NCBI GenBank assembly: GCA_046754465.1
Contig: JBHHVU010000022.1
Location: 1 to 47,087 of the forward strand
DNA: 47,087 nt
Direction: 5' to 3'
Source: Nitrospinaceae bacterium
Lineage (GTDB): Bacteria; Nitrospinota; Nitrospinia; Nitrospinales; VA-1
Part shown: positions 38,344 through 47,087 of the stretch, piece by piece
Layout: the number at the start of each line of letters is the position of its first letter
Position numbering within the stretch: position 1 is the first letter of the stretch
Translations under genes and position numbers: made by a program
The notes under the pieces: generated by a model
What the model saw: only the letters and a program-made list of their open reading frames with translations
Told to the model about the DNA's origin: nothing
Database searches by the model: none

Positions 38344-38523
38344 GTTTTTTCACAAAAGAATCGGTTAATCGAACAAAAAACTTTCCGGTCGCTCACGCCG
38401 GCTCCTTGGCAGTCCCCACGAATTCAATTAAAAATATAAAAGTTTATGGAAATTTGATGAAAATCATTGAAATACCATTAAATTTTTAAAGAAGAAATAA
38501 AAAACAATATCAAATTTTATGTA

Positions 38524-38552
38524 TTGATTCGGTGATAAAAAAGGAGTATTAT
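38524..38552 (+). promoter_or_regulatory. sigma70-type promoter with no downstream CDS
   Basis: TTGATT-17 bp-TATTAT after an AT-rich tract. Confidence 0.5.
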
Positions 38553-38559
38553 ATTTAAC

Positions 38560-38628
38560 AGTGAGTTACCTCCCGTTAGCGGACCCGCTGGCAAGGTTGG
38601 CTCCCCCGCCTGCCAAGCGGGTCTTTTC
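38560..38628 (+). ncRNA. candidate small RNA with anti-Shine-Dalgarno motifs
   Basis: Promoter, ACCTCCC, hairpin GACCCGCT..AGCGGGTC with a CTCCCCC loop, then TTTT. Confidence 0.45.
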
Positions 38629-38780
38629 ATGAGGGCATCCTTCGAAAAGGATACCCTCATGAATTCCACTGCTACCCTTTCCACAGGTTTTATAAATTCA
38701 TTTGGGGAGGCTCAATCGCCCATGAGCCATTGGTGCCGGTGAGCCTGAACGGGAACAACGGTTTTGAAATGGCGGGTGAG

Positions 38781-38810
38781 AAAAAGCCATGCAACTGGTT
38801 GGAATGGCTT
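38781..38810 (-). terminator. intrinsic terminator of the 38810-39028 gene
   Basis: Minus strand AAGCCAT..ATGGCTT stem followed by a U-tract. Confidence 0.55.
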
Positions 38811-39028
38811 CAGTCCTTTTCAAAAAAATTATGGTCATTTACACCGACAAATTCCAAGTCAAGAGTATCTTTAATCCATTGGGGAACCCGGACCCGCTCT
38901 GAATTGGGAAGGGACATCGATTCCTCCGCCTTTCTGAAATTGTCCCAGTGAGTGCGCCGAAGTTCGTTGGTAGTGATTACTTTCTTGATTCTTCCATCAG
39001 CATTAAAAACTCTCACTTCATAAAACAT
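38810..39028 (-). CDS. hypothetical small protein (MFYEVRVF...)
   Basis: GAGGAGG RBS before ATG 39028; has its own promoter and terminator. Confidence 0.75.
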   Translation of the reverse strand: MFYEVRVFNADGRIKKVITTNELRRTHWDNFRKAEESMSLPNSERVRVPQWIKDTLDLEFVGVNDHNFFEKD

Positions 39029-39056
39029 GGCCGCCTCCTCCAAGTTACTCATTGAA

Positions 39057-39105
39057 TATCAATGAGTTAGAGGCAAGGTTTGTGCCAAAATGTAAACCAT
39101 TGAAA
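39057..39105 (-). promoter_or_regulatory. sigma54 -24/-12 promoter with flanking IHF-like sites
   Basis: Minus strand TTGGCACAAACCTTGC at 39088-39073; TATCAATGAGTTA at 39057-39069; TAAACCATTGAAA at 39093-39105. Confidence 0.75.
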
Positions 39106-39413
39106 AATAAAGGTTTATTCTCAAAACCCCGCAGGCGGCTTCGAAATAATTATCGAATTTTCATACAGTTTTATAAAATATAAGACAATTCTGACCTGAT
39201 ATTTTCGCGGGAAATCCGCCAGGAGGTTGCGCCACGGCTCCGACGGTGTAAATTAGATTTTGGAAAGTTTTTTCAGCGAAAAATTTCCGCCGAGAGAGTA
39301 ATAAGGAGGAGGGGAGGGCGGCGATTTCATCCTTCGGGTAAGACAAGGTTTGGGAAAAAATTTGTTTGGGTAATACAAACATTTGAATTCAAAAAAGAGT
39401 GAGAAGAAAACTC

Positions 39414-39626
39414 ATGACCAGCAATACGATCAAAGTAGAGGGAATGAGCTGCGACCATTGCGTGCAGACCATTAAAAAAGCCGTCAATGAAATCCCGGGA
39501 ATCGAAAAAGTGGAAGTGGACCTGGAGAAAAAAGAGGTGCGCGTGGATTTTGATGAAGGCAAAACCGATCTGCATAATATTTCGGCCATGATAACCGGGG
39601 TGGGGTACGAGGTCGTGAAAAATTGA
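39414..39626 (+). CDS. copZ: heavy-metal-associated copper chaperone
   Basis: VEGMSCDHC HMA motif, C-terminal GYEV. Confidence 0.9.
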   Translation: MTSNTIKVEGMSCDHCVQTIKKAVNEIPGIEKVEVDLEKKEVRVDFDEGKTDLHNISAMITGVGYEVVKN

Positions 39627-39666
39627 GATTTCCTTTTCTGGGAATTTCTTCCAAACTGGAACCCGG

Positions 39667-40848
39667 TCAGGAGGCCAGTTTGCCGATTTTTACCTCCAGA
39701 ATTTTTATCGTGCCGTTACGGATAACTTTGATGGCCACCACTTTCCCAATCCGTGTATCGGCAACCATTTCCTGGAATATTTTTGAACCCGGAACTTCTC
39801 TTCCATCAAACTGAATGATGATATCCCCCCGTTGGATACCCCCATTCTGGGCCGGCGTATTGTTGTCCACGGTGTTGACGAGTACCCCGCCGGTGGGACG
39901 GGTCAGATGAAAGGTGTCCGCCAGTTCGGGGGTGAGGGACTGAATGCCCACTCCCAGCCAGCCCCGTTTCACTTCGCCGGAATCGATCAACTGGTTGGTG
40001 ATATGCAGGGCCATTTCGATGGGAATGGCAAATCCCACACCGGACCCAATTTCCGCGACGGCGGTGTTAATCCCAATGACTTCCCCGCCCATATTGATCA
40101 ACGGTCCGCCGCTGTTTCCCGGGTTGATGGAAGCATCCGTCTGAATAAAATTTTCAAACGTCGCGATGCCCAGGTTGCGCCTTCCCTTCCCACTGACCAC
40201 CCCAACGGTGACCGTGCCCTCCAATCCATATGGATTGCCGATGGCCATGACCCATTCCCCGACCTTCAGGGTTTCGGATTTTCCGAAAGCGGGATGGGGG
40301 AGACTCCTCAGCGACGATATTTTTAAAACCGCCAAATCCGTCATTCCATCAAACCCCACCCGCTTGGCAAAATAATCCTTTCCGTTGGACAACTTGATCA
40401 AAATAGAGGAAATCCCGGAAACCACGTGATTGTTGGTGAGAATATAACCATCAGAGTTGATGATGACTCCCGAACCCACATTTTCCACCCTGTATTGCTT
40501 TTCCGAAATGGTATTGACGAACCATTCCTTCAGCAAAAAATACCAGGGTTTCGGATCGGCGGAATGAAAGTCGCGCGATTTGGATTTTTGCACGATCTCG
40601 GTCAACTTGTTGACGCTCACAACCGTGGGTTTGATCAGTTTGGCATTGCGGATGAACGCATCCTGCAGGGCCAGAGCGTCCTTAAAGTCCTGCCGGTCCA
40701 CCAAAGAGCCCCGCGCCGGGGTATCCTTGAAGGAGAACCACGCACTCTGCCAGGGATATTGCAGGAAAAGCGGAATTCCCAGGACAAATAAGCCGATAAG
40801 AATCCATTGGATTCTTGTGATTTTTTTTCGGCGGAATTTATCGACCAT
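39667..40848 (-). CDS. HtrA/DegS-like serine protease with one PDZ domain
   Basis: N-terminal TM anchor; TNNHVV, DLAVLKI, GNSGGPL; RGWLGV PDZ entry. Confidence 0.93.
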   Translation of the reverse strand: MVDKFRRKKITRIQWILIGLFVLGIPLFLQYPWQSAWFSFKDTPARGSLVDRQDFKDALALQDAFIRNAKLIKPTVVSVNKLTEIVQKSKSRDFHSADPKPWYFLLKEWFVNTISEKQYRVENVGSGVIINSDGYILTNNHVVSGISSILIKLSNGKDYFAKRVGFDGMTDLAVLKISSLRSLPHPAFGKSETLKVGEWVMAIGNPYGLEGTVTVGVVSGKGRRNLGIATFENFIQTDASINPGNSGGPLINMGGEVIGINTAVAEIGSGVGFAIPIEMALHITNQLIDSGEVKRGWLGVGIQSLTPELADTFHLTRPTGGVLVNTVDNNTPAQNGGIQRGDIIIQFDGREVPGSKIFQEMVADTRIGKVVAIKVIRNGTIKILEVKIGKLAS

Positions 40849-41563
40849 GTTTGATTCCCGAATATATCGTGACGATCCCGCAAGTCAGGTCCTCAAAGGT
40901 TACCTCCTGGAATCCGGCTTCACTCATGGTTCGCGCGAATTCCGCCCTGGCGGGAAATCTGGAAACTGACTGGGGAAGATAATGATATGCGTTGTCATGT
41001 CCCGAAACCAGCCGGCCCAACCGTGGAAGGATGTGATGGAAATATAGCCGATACAACCCCGCGAGCAAAACATTTCGCGGATGGGAAAATTCAAGGATCA
41101 CGATCCTTCCCTTTGTTTTCAGAATCCTGAACATTTCGCGGAGGCCTCGCGCCGGGTCGGAAAAATTACGGATCCCGAAAGCCGTGACTACGCCGTCGAA
41201 ACTCCCCTCGGCGAAAGGAAGATTTTCACCACAGGCGGCTTGCAGGGTGATCTTTTTTTCCAAGCCCCGGGAGCGGATTTTCCGGTGACCCAGCTCGAGC
41301 ATAGAAGCGCTGAAATCGATACCGGCCACTCTAAGGCCGGCATGCCGGGAAGCTATTTCCAGCGCCATGTCCGCCGTTCCGGTTGCAACGTCCAGGAAAA
41401 ACCCGTTGTCCCGGGGGGACAAAAGGTTCACGGCCTTTTTTCGCCAGTAACCGTCACGCCCGGCGCTCAGGAATCGATTTAAAAAATCGTATCTCGGAGC
41501 CACCGCGTTGAACATGGCTTGGATCCGCCGCGAAAAAACGCCGGCATCCTCCAGAGTTTGCAT
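40838..41563 (-). CDS. ubiE: demethylmenaquinone/ubiquinone methyltransferase UbiE/MenG
   Basis: MF..VAPRYD.LN, DVATGTAD, FGIRN, Y.YLPQS. Confidence 0.92.
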   Translation of the reverse strand: MQTLEDAGVFSRRIQAMFNAVAPRYDFLNRFLSAGRDGYWRKKAVNLLSPRDNGFFLDVATGTADMALEIASRHAGLRVAGIDFSASMLELGHRKIRSRGLEKKITLQAACGENLPFAEGSFDGVVTAFGIRNFSDPARGLREMFRILKTKGRIVILEFSHPRNVLLAGLYRLYFHHILPRLGRLVSGHDNAYHYLPQSVSRFPARAEFARTMSEAGFQEVTFEDLTCGIVTIYSGIKHGR

Positions 41564-41902
41564 CCCTTCCTTTCCCCGCGGAGGAATGGTTCTTATCCCT
41601 CTCCCGAAATTTTCAATTCACTGATCCTTCCCCCTAATTTCATGATCCGGGGCGGGTGGGTATCCTTCCTGTAAAGGCATCGGCGATCAACCGGGAAATG
41701 TTAATTTTAATGAAATTTTAACACCTGGGTGCCGGCGAAACAAGCCGGTTCCGGATAATACCCGGTCCTAACTGGCCACGAATCCGGCCTGTAACCGTCT
41801 TGTGTTTCCCCGGGCATGGTTGTAAAATCCAGCCGGAGTGGAAAGATGGTATGGATCCCTCCAAAAGCATCTCTTTTATAATTTATCAGAAGGAATTCCA
41901 TT

Positions 41903-42451
41903 ATGAAAAAAGCTTTATTGACCCTGGCGCCCGGATTCGAAGAAATCGAAACGGTCACGGTGGTTGATATCCTGCGGCGCGCCGGTGCCCGGGTCACCCT
42001 GGCGGGAACGGTCAAGGGGCTCATCGAAGGTTCGCGGGGAGTGCATATTTCACCCGACTGCCTCCTCGACGATGTGAAGGATGAGGATTTTGATCTGATC
42101 ATTCTTCCAGGGGGCCAGCCGGGAACCGACAACCTGAAGAACGACCGGCGGATCGTCGAACTCTTGAAAAAAATGGACGCGGCCAAGAAACAGATTGCCG
42201 CCATTTGCGCGGCGCCCATGGTCCTTCATTCCGCTGGCCTGCTGCACCATAAAATGATCACCAGCCATCCCTCCGTCAAAAGTGAAATGAATGGAACCCA
42301 ATACTCTGAGGCCCGAGTGGTAGTCGACGGAAATATCATCACCAGCCGCGGCCCGGGGACGGCCATGGAATTCGCCATGAAACTGGTCGAGGTCCTTTTT
42401 GATACCGACCGGGTGCATACGGTGAATAAAGGCGTAATGGCCAAAATCTGA
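41903..42451 (+). CDS. DJ-1/ThiJ (YajL-like) family protein
   Basis: GFEEIE, LPGG.PG, AAICAAP, ITSRGPGTA. Confidence 0.93.
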   Translation: MKKALLTLAPGFEEIETVTVVDILRRAGARVTLAGTVKGLIEGSRGVHISPDCLLDDVKDEDFDLIILPGGQPGTDNLKNDRRIVELLKKMDAAKKQIAAICAAPMVLHSAGLLHHKMITSHPSVKSEMNGTQYSEARVVVDGNIITSRGPGTAMEFAMKLVEVLFDTDRVHTVNKGVMAKI

Positions 42452-42788
42452 CCCCTTGCAAGCGGAGGTAAACCTTTTTTCTGTTTCTGAATTTCCTTTC
42501 CTGTGTGACGGATATTTCCAGCCTTCCGATTTTCGATTTCGCAAGGGACGGCAAAAAATTTGAATTCCCCACAAAATTTTACTGGAAAAATTATTATAAA
42601 TATTATATAACTATTTGAATTATAAATCATTTTTCCATTTTCGGATCGGCGGAACGGAAAATAAAAATCATGCGAGCCGCTTTTTTTGGAACCTTTTTGA
42701 TTTTCAAACATCATAGCTTCAAAATAAACGGGCATTTTTCCAAGAGGAATTTTTAGGTGAAAAAAGTTTTAAGCGAGGAGGTGTTCAG

Positions 42789-43022
42789 ATGTATGTGAAT
42801 GTTTCCCGAAGCAAGCTTTTGATCAATAACCGTCGCTCGTACCGGAAAGCAAGGAAATCGTCGCAACCCTCTGTTCGTTGCAACCATTGTGGCGGCCCCA
42901 TCCGTCCTGGAGGAGAAATTCAAACTTGTCTGATGTGCTCTAGAGAAATAAACCATTTGTGCTCCAGTTGTTCTCATGTCCGCTCCACCGAAGTGGAGAA
43001 TTCAAAGAAAAAGAGCGCGTGA
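42789..43022 (+). CDS. small basic Cys-rich (zinc-ribbon-like) protein
   Basis: RBS GAGGAGGTG; three CxxC pairs (CNHC, CLMC, CSSC); terminator downstream. Confidence 0.7.
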   Translation: MYVNVSRSKLLINNRRSYRKARKSSQPSVRCNHCGGPIRPGGEIQTCLMCSREINHLCSSCSHVRSTEVENSKKKSA

Positions 43023-43076
43023 AATTTCCTGGACGATATATTGTCATAGAATTTTGAACCCATTCACGAATTATCC

Positions 43077-43110
43077 AGACCCACCCCGTTTCGGGGTGGG
43101 TCTTTTTTTT
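43077..43110 (+). terminator. intrinsic terminator
   Basis: AGACCCACCCC-GTTTC-GGGGTGGGTCT followed by a T-run. Confidence 0.85.
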
Positions 43111-43124
43111 ACCTCCGCTCAGGA

Positions 43125-45023
43125 TCAGAGATTTTCGTGAACCCACTTTTTTAATACATAAAGAGCCCATGGTCGGGACCATGTGGTGCGGCGAGCCAGG
43201 AAATCCGACCAGATTCGCCGAATTCCCGCTTCCGAAAGCAGTCCCGAAAGCGGAGCGACTGGAGTGAACAACACGGTTTCAATTTCCTTTTTCAATTCGT
43301 TCCTCATCCAGAATTCAAATGGAAGGGTGAATCCCATTTTTTTACGGTTGACCGCGAAGATGGGTAATTTCCGGGAAAGGGATCTCAACAGAAGGGGTTT
43401 GGGAAGATTCCCCTTCATTTTTATTCGGGAAGGAATGGAAAATACCAGTTCCACGAGTTTATGATCGATCAGCGGCACCCGAACTTCCAATCCATGGGCC
43501 ATGCTCATCATGTCCGTATCCCGCAGCAGGGTGTTGGTCAAATAACGATTCAGCTCTAGCCAGGTAATTTGGTCCATGGGATCGAGATGGCTGAGGGAAT
43601 CGGTCAGGTTTTGTGTGGATTCCAGGTTCTTACGAATTTCGTTTTCGGCCAGATCGGGGTCGGCGAACAGGGTGCGTACACGGTCCAGGCACAGCAGGGC
43701 GCGGACCAGGAAATAAACATGGCTGCCGGATTTTTGTCCCCGGAAAAAATGGACCAGCTTGTTGTTGCGGTCGCAGGCGGGTAAAAGGGCCTGGAGACAT
43801 TTTCCCAGAAACAAAGGCAACGAACGGGGCAGGGCGCCCAAAATCGCTTCCAAACGGGATAATCGGGGTATCCAGCGAAAGGAATCGTAACCCCCGAACA
43901 GTTCATCACCCCCCAAGCCGGACAGGGCCACCTTTAAGCCGATTTTTTTGGCGCACCGCGAAATCAGGTAGGTATTGATCCCATCGACCGTGGGTTGATC
44001 CATGGCGGAAACCGCTTGCGGCAGGGACCGCAAAAGTTCCTTCCCATCCAGCTCCATGGTTTGGTGATCGGTTTCAAACTCCCGCGCCACAAGTCTTGAA
44101 AATTGGGATTCATCATATTCCTGTTCCCGGAATACCACCGAGATCGTCTTGAAAGCCGCGGAAGTGTGTTCCTTGACCAGAGAGACCACGGCGCTGGAAT
44201 CCACACCCCCGCTGAGAAAAGCGCCAAGAGGAACATCGCTGACCAAGCGGAGGCCTACCGAATCTACCAGGGTTTGGCGAACCCTTTCTTCGCCGATGCC
44301 GTCCGGTGAACCTTGGGGGGAACGGAATTTCAGGAGATCCCAATATTTTTTTTCCGAAACGCCGCCTGGTTGAACTGTGAGAAAATGCGCCGGCGGAACT
44401 TCCCGGATGTCGGAAACCAGGGTATCCGGGCCAATGGAACTCCCAAAGGAAAGATAATTAAAAAGTCCGGTGGTATTGATGGTGGGAAAAACCAATCCCG
44501 AAGCCTGAAGGGCACGCAATTCCGAGGCAAAAAGAAAGAAATCGGGTCCCGAAACATAATAAAGAGGTTTGATCCCCAGCCGGTCCCGCGCAAGAAACAA
44601 CCTTTGTTTACCAGAATCCCATACAGCGAAAGAAAACATCCCGCGCAGACGTTCCAGGCAGTCAACGCCCCATTCCTGGTACGATTTTAAAAGGACTTCG
44701 GTATCGGATTCGGAAAAAAAATCATGCTTGGGCCGGAGTTTCTCCCGTAGATCCTTAAAATTGTATATTTCGCAATTCGCGGAAATCCAAAGGTTTTTGG
44801 ATTCATTGCCCATGGGCTGATGGGCCCGTGAAGAAAGATCGATCACGGACAGCCGCTGGTGGCCTAAATAAAGGGTGGTTCCATCGGACCCTGTCAGTCT
44901 TTCCTCACCACGGTCATCCGGTCCACGATGCCGTAAAGCGTCCAGCATGTTCCTGAGGATTTTTCCAGGATTATCCCGAACCCGTGATCCCTTGAAATCC
45001 AAAAAACCCGCTATACCACACAT
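43125..45023 (-). CDS. asnB: asparagine synthase (glutamine-hydrolysing)-family amidotransferase
   Basis: MCGIAG start at 45023, HRGPD, RL..IDL, RDRLGIKPL, LSGGVDSS, GLGGDELFGGY, E.RVP. Confidence 0.93.
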   Translation of the reverse strand: MCGIAGFLDFKGSRVRDNPGKILRNMLDALRHRGPDDRGEERLTGSDGTTLYLGHQRLSVIDLSSRAHQPMGNESKNLWISANCEIYNFKDLREKLRPKHDFFSESDTEVLLKSYQEWGVDCLERLRGMFSFAVWDSGKQRLFLARDRLGIKPLYYVSGPDFFLFASELRALQASGLVFPTINTTGLFNYLSFGSSIGPDTLVSDIREVPPAHFLTVQPGGVSEKKYWDLLKFRSPQGSPDGIGEERVRQTLVDSVGLRLVSDVPLGAFLSGGVDSSAVVSLVKEHTSAAFKTISVVFREQEYDESQFSRLVAREFETDHQTMELDGKELLRSLPQAVSAMDQPTVDGINTYLISRCAKKIGLKVALSGLGGDELFGGYDSFRWIPRLSRLEAILGALPRSLPLFLGKCLQALLPACDRNNKLVHFFRGQKSGSHVYFLVRALLCLDRVRTLFADPDLAENEIRKNLESTQNLTDSLSHLDPMDQITWLELNRYLTNTLLRDTDMMSMAHGLEVRVPLIDHKLVELVFSIPSRIKMKGNLPKPLLLRSLSRKLPIFAVNRKKMGFTLPFEFWMRNELKKEIETVLFTPVAPLSGLLSEAGIRRIWSDFLARRTTWSRPWALYVLKKWVHENL

Positions 45024-45071
45024 GATAGGTAGATTTGTCCACAAATTCCTGGAAAAATTATCCCGCCCTTA

Positions 45072-45099
45072 ACTTCCCATAACATATATTATGTCAACT
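45072..45099 (+). other. dif: dif site (XerC/XerD chromosome dimer resolution site)
   Basis: ACTTCCCATAA-CATATA-TTATGTCAACT: 11-6-11 architecture matching the dif consensus, in an intergenic position. Confidence 0.85.
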
Positions 45100-45221
45100 A
45101 AGGCCGATTAAAACCCAAACCGGTAACTCGAATGTTAAAAAATGGTGGAAAGAAGAAAATCAGGTAAAAGAAAGATCAAGGGAATAAAGACCCCTTTGTC
45201 CAGGGAAGGAAATTTTCCGGG

Positions 45222-46163
45222 TCAATTATTATTGCCGGTGCAAACGTCTTTCACGGCGCGGACGATATGAGCCGCCGAGAGGCCATATTTTTCGAAAAGT
45301 TCACTTGCCGTTCCCGTTTCTGCGAAACGGTCCTGGACCGCGACCTTTTTAAAGGGAACGCTGATATTCCGGTCCACGAGAACCTCCGCCACCGCGTCGC
45401 CCAGTCCGCCGATGAGATTGTGGTCCTCCGCGGTGATCACCGCTTTATGGTTTTTCGCCTGGTCCGCGATCAGGTCCGCATCCAGGGGTTTGATTGTCGA
45501 TACATTGACCAGGGTCACCCGAAGGTTCTCCTCACGCAACATTTCCATGGCCTTCAAGCTTTCCTGAACCATGATGCCGGTGGCGAAAATGACGGCCTTT
45601 TCACCTTGGCGGAGAACATGGGCCTTACCTATTTCGAACGAGTGGGATGAATCATAGACCCCTGTCACCTTTGAACGTCCCAATCGCAGGTAAGCGGGAC
45701 CTTTGTGGTTCAGGAGAGTGTGGGTGGACTGGCGGGCCTCTTCCCAATCGGCGGGTTGAATCACGGTCATGTTGGGAATGGCCCGCATGTATCCCAGATC
45801 AACGATCATTTGCGCCGAGGGGCCATCCTCACCCACGGCGATGCCCGCATGGGTTCCGATCAGTTTCACATTGGAATCGGAATAAGCCACACTGACCAGG
45901 ATCTGATCCATGCAACGCCCCAGCAGGAAACAGGCGAAACTCGTGGCGAACGGAATTTTCCCGGTCCTGGAAAGGCCCGCGGCGGTACACACCATGTCTG
46001 CCTCGCTGATTCCCATGTTGAAGAACCTGCCGGGGAATTCTTGGCCGAATTTTTTCGTCCGGGTACTGTCGCTCACACCGGCATCGAGGACCACGACCCG
46101 GGGATTTTCCCCGATTTCAAGGAGTGCGGTCCCATATCCGTCTCGCGTTGCGCCGTCTTTCAT
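45222..46163 (-). CDS. transketolase, C-terminal (pyrimidine-binding) subunit
   Basis: ATRDGYG, NMGISE, GEDGPSAQ, YLRLGR, IKPLD, GGLG. Confidence 0.93.
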   Translation of the reverse strand: MKDGATRDGYGTALLEIGENPRVVVLDAGVSDSTRTKKFGQEFPGRFFNMGISEADMVCTAAGLSRTGKIPFATSFACFLLGRCMDQILVSVAYSDSNVKLIGTHAGIAVGEDGPSAQMIVDLGYMRAIPNMTVIQPADWEEARQSTHTLLNHKGPAYLRLGRSKVTGVYDSSHSFEIGKAHVLRQGEKAVIFATGIMVQESLKAMEMLREENLRVTLVNVSTIKPLDADLIADQAKNHKAVITAEDHNLIGGLGDAVAEVLVDRNISVPFKKVAVQDRFAETGTASELFEKYGLSAAHIVRAVKDVCTGNNN

Positions 46164-46996
46164 TGTAATTCCTGCAAGGCTTTTTCCAGTTCTTCATCGG
46201 AGGGGGCTTTGCCGTGCCAGGCCGGTTTGCCTTCCATGAAACTGACCCCCTTCCCTTTCACGGTATCCGCGATAATGACCCTGGGTTTTTCAGGATGCGG
46301 CGCCAGGCGCAGGGTTTTAAGAATTTCTTCCATGCTGTGTCCGTCGATCCTGCGGGTATCCCAACCGAAGGCGCGCCATTTATCCTCAAGAGGCTCCAGA
46401 TCCTTTAAATCCTTGGTCAGGTTATCCTGCGCCACCTTGTTATTATCGACAATGGCGGTCAGGTTGGTGGACTGGAATTTGACTGCCGACATGGCCGCTT
46501 CCCAAATCTGCCCTTCCTGCAATTCTCCATCCCCCAGAATCACGAACACCTTATATTGGCGTTTGTCTAGCCGGGCACCCAGGGCGATTCCATGGGCCAC
46601 GCTCAAACCCTGGCCCAGACTGCCGGAGGCAATTTCCACTCCGGGGGTTTTGGGATGTGCGTGACCTGATAAAAACCGGGGGCTGTTAATTTTTCTGTAA
46701 CTTTCCAGGTCCTTTTGTGGGAAAAACCCGGCCAGGGCCAGGGTGCAGTAATACAGGGCGCTGGCGTGACCTTTACTCAGAAGAAACCGGTCCCTGTCCG
46801 GATCCAGGGGGTTATGCGGATCAAATTTCATCCCTCCACCGAAGAAAAGAGCCGCCATCAGGTCCGCCGCGGAAAGGCTTCCCCCGGGGTGCCCCGATCC
46901 CGCGTGGTGGATGATTCGCAAACTCATACGGCGCAATTCTTTCGCGGTTTGTTCAAGTTTTTCGATTTCTGTATTCGCCAGTTGGGAGGTTTCCAT
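46160..46996 (-). CDS. transketolase, N-terminal (TPP-binding) subunit
   Basis: GHPGGSLS, DRFLLSKGH, GSLGQG, GDGELQEG, TVKGKG; ATGA overlap with the C-subunit gene. Confidence 0.95.
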   Translation of the reverse strand: METSQLANTEIEKLEQTAKELRRMSLRIIHHAGSGHPGGSLSAADLMAALFFGGGMKFDPHNPLDPDRDRFLLSKGHASALYYCTLALAGFFPQKDLESYRKINSPRFLSGHAHPKTPGVEIASGSLGQGLSVAHGIALGARLDKRQYKVFVILGDGELQEGQIWEAAMSAVKFQSTNLTAIVDNNKVAQDNLTKDLKDLEPLEDKWRAFGWDTRRIDGHSMEEILKTLRLAPHPEKPRVIIADTVKGKGVSFMEGKPAWHGKAPSDEELEKALQELQ

Positions 46997-47087
46997 GGTT
47001 TAAGGATCAGACGGGTTGAAACGGCAAGAGAATCATTCTTTCATGCTTATACCATAATCGCCGGGGGATTCCAACGATAAGTGCGCT

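Noticed and set aside
38700..38780. Hairpins GGCTCA..TGAGCC and GCCATT..AATGGC as a riboswitch
   Set aside because: No match to riboswitch consensus sequences I know, and no downstream same-strand gene to regulate.

Overview
Bacterial chromosomal segment. By inference from gene content it is Nitrospinota (Nitrospina-like): mitochondrial-type aconitase, RI-like LRR proteins, tandem DUF507 genes, DUF1566 and ect-ehu genes. Most of it is housekeeping: aconitase, larC, tatC/tatA, rpiB-glyA-nrdR, ccsA-hemA-hemC, nadC, flgM, copZ, htrA, ubiE/menG, DJ-1, asnB, a split transketolase, tRNA-Met(CAT) and tRNA-Gly(CCC). Four things stand out. (1) A visibly AT-richer block of about 8.3 kb (about 22240-30600) carries ectABCD-ehuBCDA, an extra SAM methyltransferase and a divergent NhaR-like LysR regulator; tandem TGTAGCCAAA repeats resembling tyrosine-integrase arm sites bracket it, but it has no integrase. 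(2) A well-formed XerC/D dif site at 45072-45099 suggests the replication terminus. (3) An uncharacterised DUF1538-DUF1538-PII-CBS operon. (4) A regulatory-dense stretch around flgM with a sigma28-like promoter and a coupled small ORF, a candidate anti-SD sRNA, and a sigma54/IHF-controlled small gene. All calls were made by eye from the sequence and the ORF track; no searches were run.
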